This document shows, piece by piece, positions 34,001-64,000 of a DNA stretch of 64,000 nucleotides. A model generated the notes under the pieces. It saw nothing but the letters and a program-made list of their open reading frames with translations, ran no database searches and was not told the DNA's origin. Every line of letters begins with the position of its first letter. The stretch's first letter is position 1. This stretch comes from Callorhinchus milii (Eukaryota). Location: positions 30,940,001 to 31,004,000 of the forward strand of contig NW_024704742.1 in NCBI RefSeq assembly GCF_018977255.1, written 5' to 3'. A program made the position numbers and the translations under genes.

Positions 34001-34200
34001 AGAGAGAGAGGGAGGGAGAGAGAGAGAGAGAGAGAGAGAAATCAGAGAGGTAAAGAGAAACCGAAAGAGAGTTGAAGAGAAAGCGGGAGAGAGATAAGAG
34101 GGAGAGAGAGAAAACCGAGAGAGGAACCGAAAAAGAAACATCGAGTGAGAGACGGAGAGAGAAACAGGAGAGACGGAGGAAGGAAGGGAGGGAGAGAGGG
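34001..34200 (+). repeat. (GA)n / purine-rich tract
   Basis: gagagagag run at 34001-34040 followed by GA-rich low-complexity sequence. Confidence 0.8.
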
Positions 34201-34312
34201 CACAGTGAGGCTGCGCGAGGCCCCGGGCTCTCGCGCAACAGTAACGGTCGGTTGGGGGTGGTTGGCGGCGCGAGCGAGCGCGGGGGGGGGGGGGGAGGAG
34301 GAAGAGCAGAGG

Positions 34313-63459
<29,147 letters not shown>

Positions 63460-63649
63460 GTGGATTGTCTGTGCACATCATGTCCGCAAAGTTAATGTAT
63501 TTCGGTTCTACTGAGGATGTATAAAGCTTTGATAGCAATATTGTATGTGGTATTAGATCATTCCCACCATAATGGAAGTAGGACTTAATCTAGTCTCTAG
63601 ATTTCTATTGAATTTAAACAGCTGTGCTGAATATTTTTTTCTACCATGT

Positions 63650-63655
63650 AATAAA
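63650..63655 (+). terminator. Candidate SMARCA5 polyadenylation signal AATAAA (second at 63771)
   Basis: Canonical hexamer about 190 nt after the stop. Confidence 0.45.
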
Positions 63656-64000
63656 GTGACTTCCACAAAAAATTCATGGACTATTTCTTGCACTTAATTT
63701 TCAGGTTTTGTGTATTGTAGAGTATTAAAGAAAAATCTTCCTTGCTAGAGATTTTGAAGGATCTTTTAAAAATAAACAAATGATCTGATTTACTTTTATA
63801 GTAATATTACTTTCAGTAATATTTACATCACCCAGGATGACCTGCATTTTTAAAAAAAGTTCTGTCCAGATTTAGCTCCATAATTGAATATAATTTAGTT
63901 TACAAAATTTAAATGGTGCAGATTAAAAGATAAGAGTCAAATCTGCTCAAACTTTAAGCAAGGTATAAATGAATAAGTAGTGATCATGCCATGCTGGTTT

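Overview
Eukaryotic (vertebrate) genomic DNA. The SINE/L2/CR1 repeat content looks most like a cartilaginous fish, possibly a chimaera or elephant-shark relative; this is an inference from remembered repeat consensus features. The window holds two + strand spliced genes in the same order and orientation as in human. (1) The 3' part of GAB1: 8 coding exons from 1967 to 24999, including the 90-nt cassette exon, with 3'UTR to about 26.9 kb. The PH-domain exons lie upstream of the window. (2) A complete 24-exon SMARCA5/SNF2H gene: CDS 34313-63459, 3165 nt, 1054 aa. It has a GC/CpG-rich promoter carrying TCTCGCGAGA palindromes, and its intron 1 is mostly a 3.8-kb C-rich minisatellite. Introns and the intergenic region are full of tRNA-derived SINEs, L2 and CR1 LINE fragments and small MITE-like elements. 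I see no prokaryotic-type system (no CRISPR array, operon or defence island). The most unusual structures are the graded intron-1 minisatellite, part of which is built from branch-point/poly-pyrimidine/AG units; a near-perfect 88-nt hairpin; a ~90-bp inverted repeat pair linking the GAB1 3'UTR to sequence 4.7 kb downstream; and inverted SINEs next to the circRNA-forming SMARCA5 exons. Exon boundaries were read from GT/AG sites and phase continuity. Repeat boundaries are approximate.
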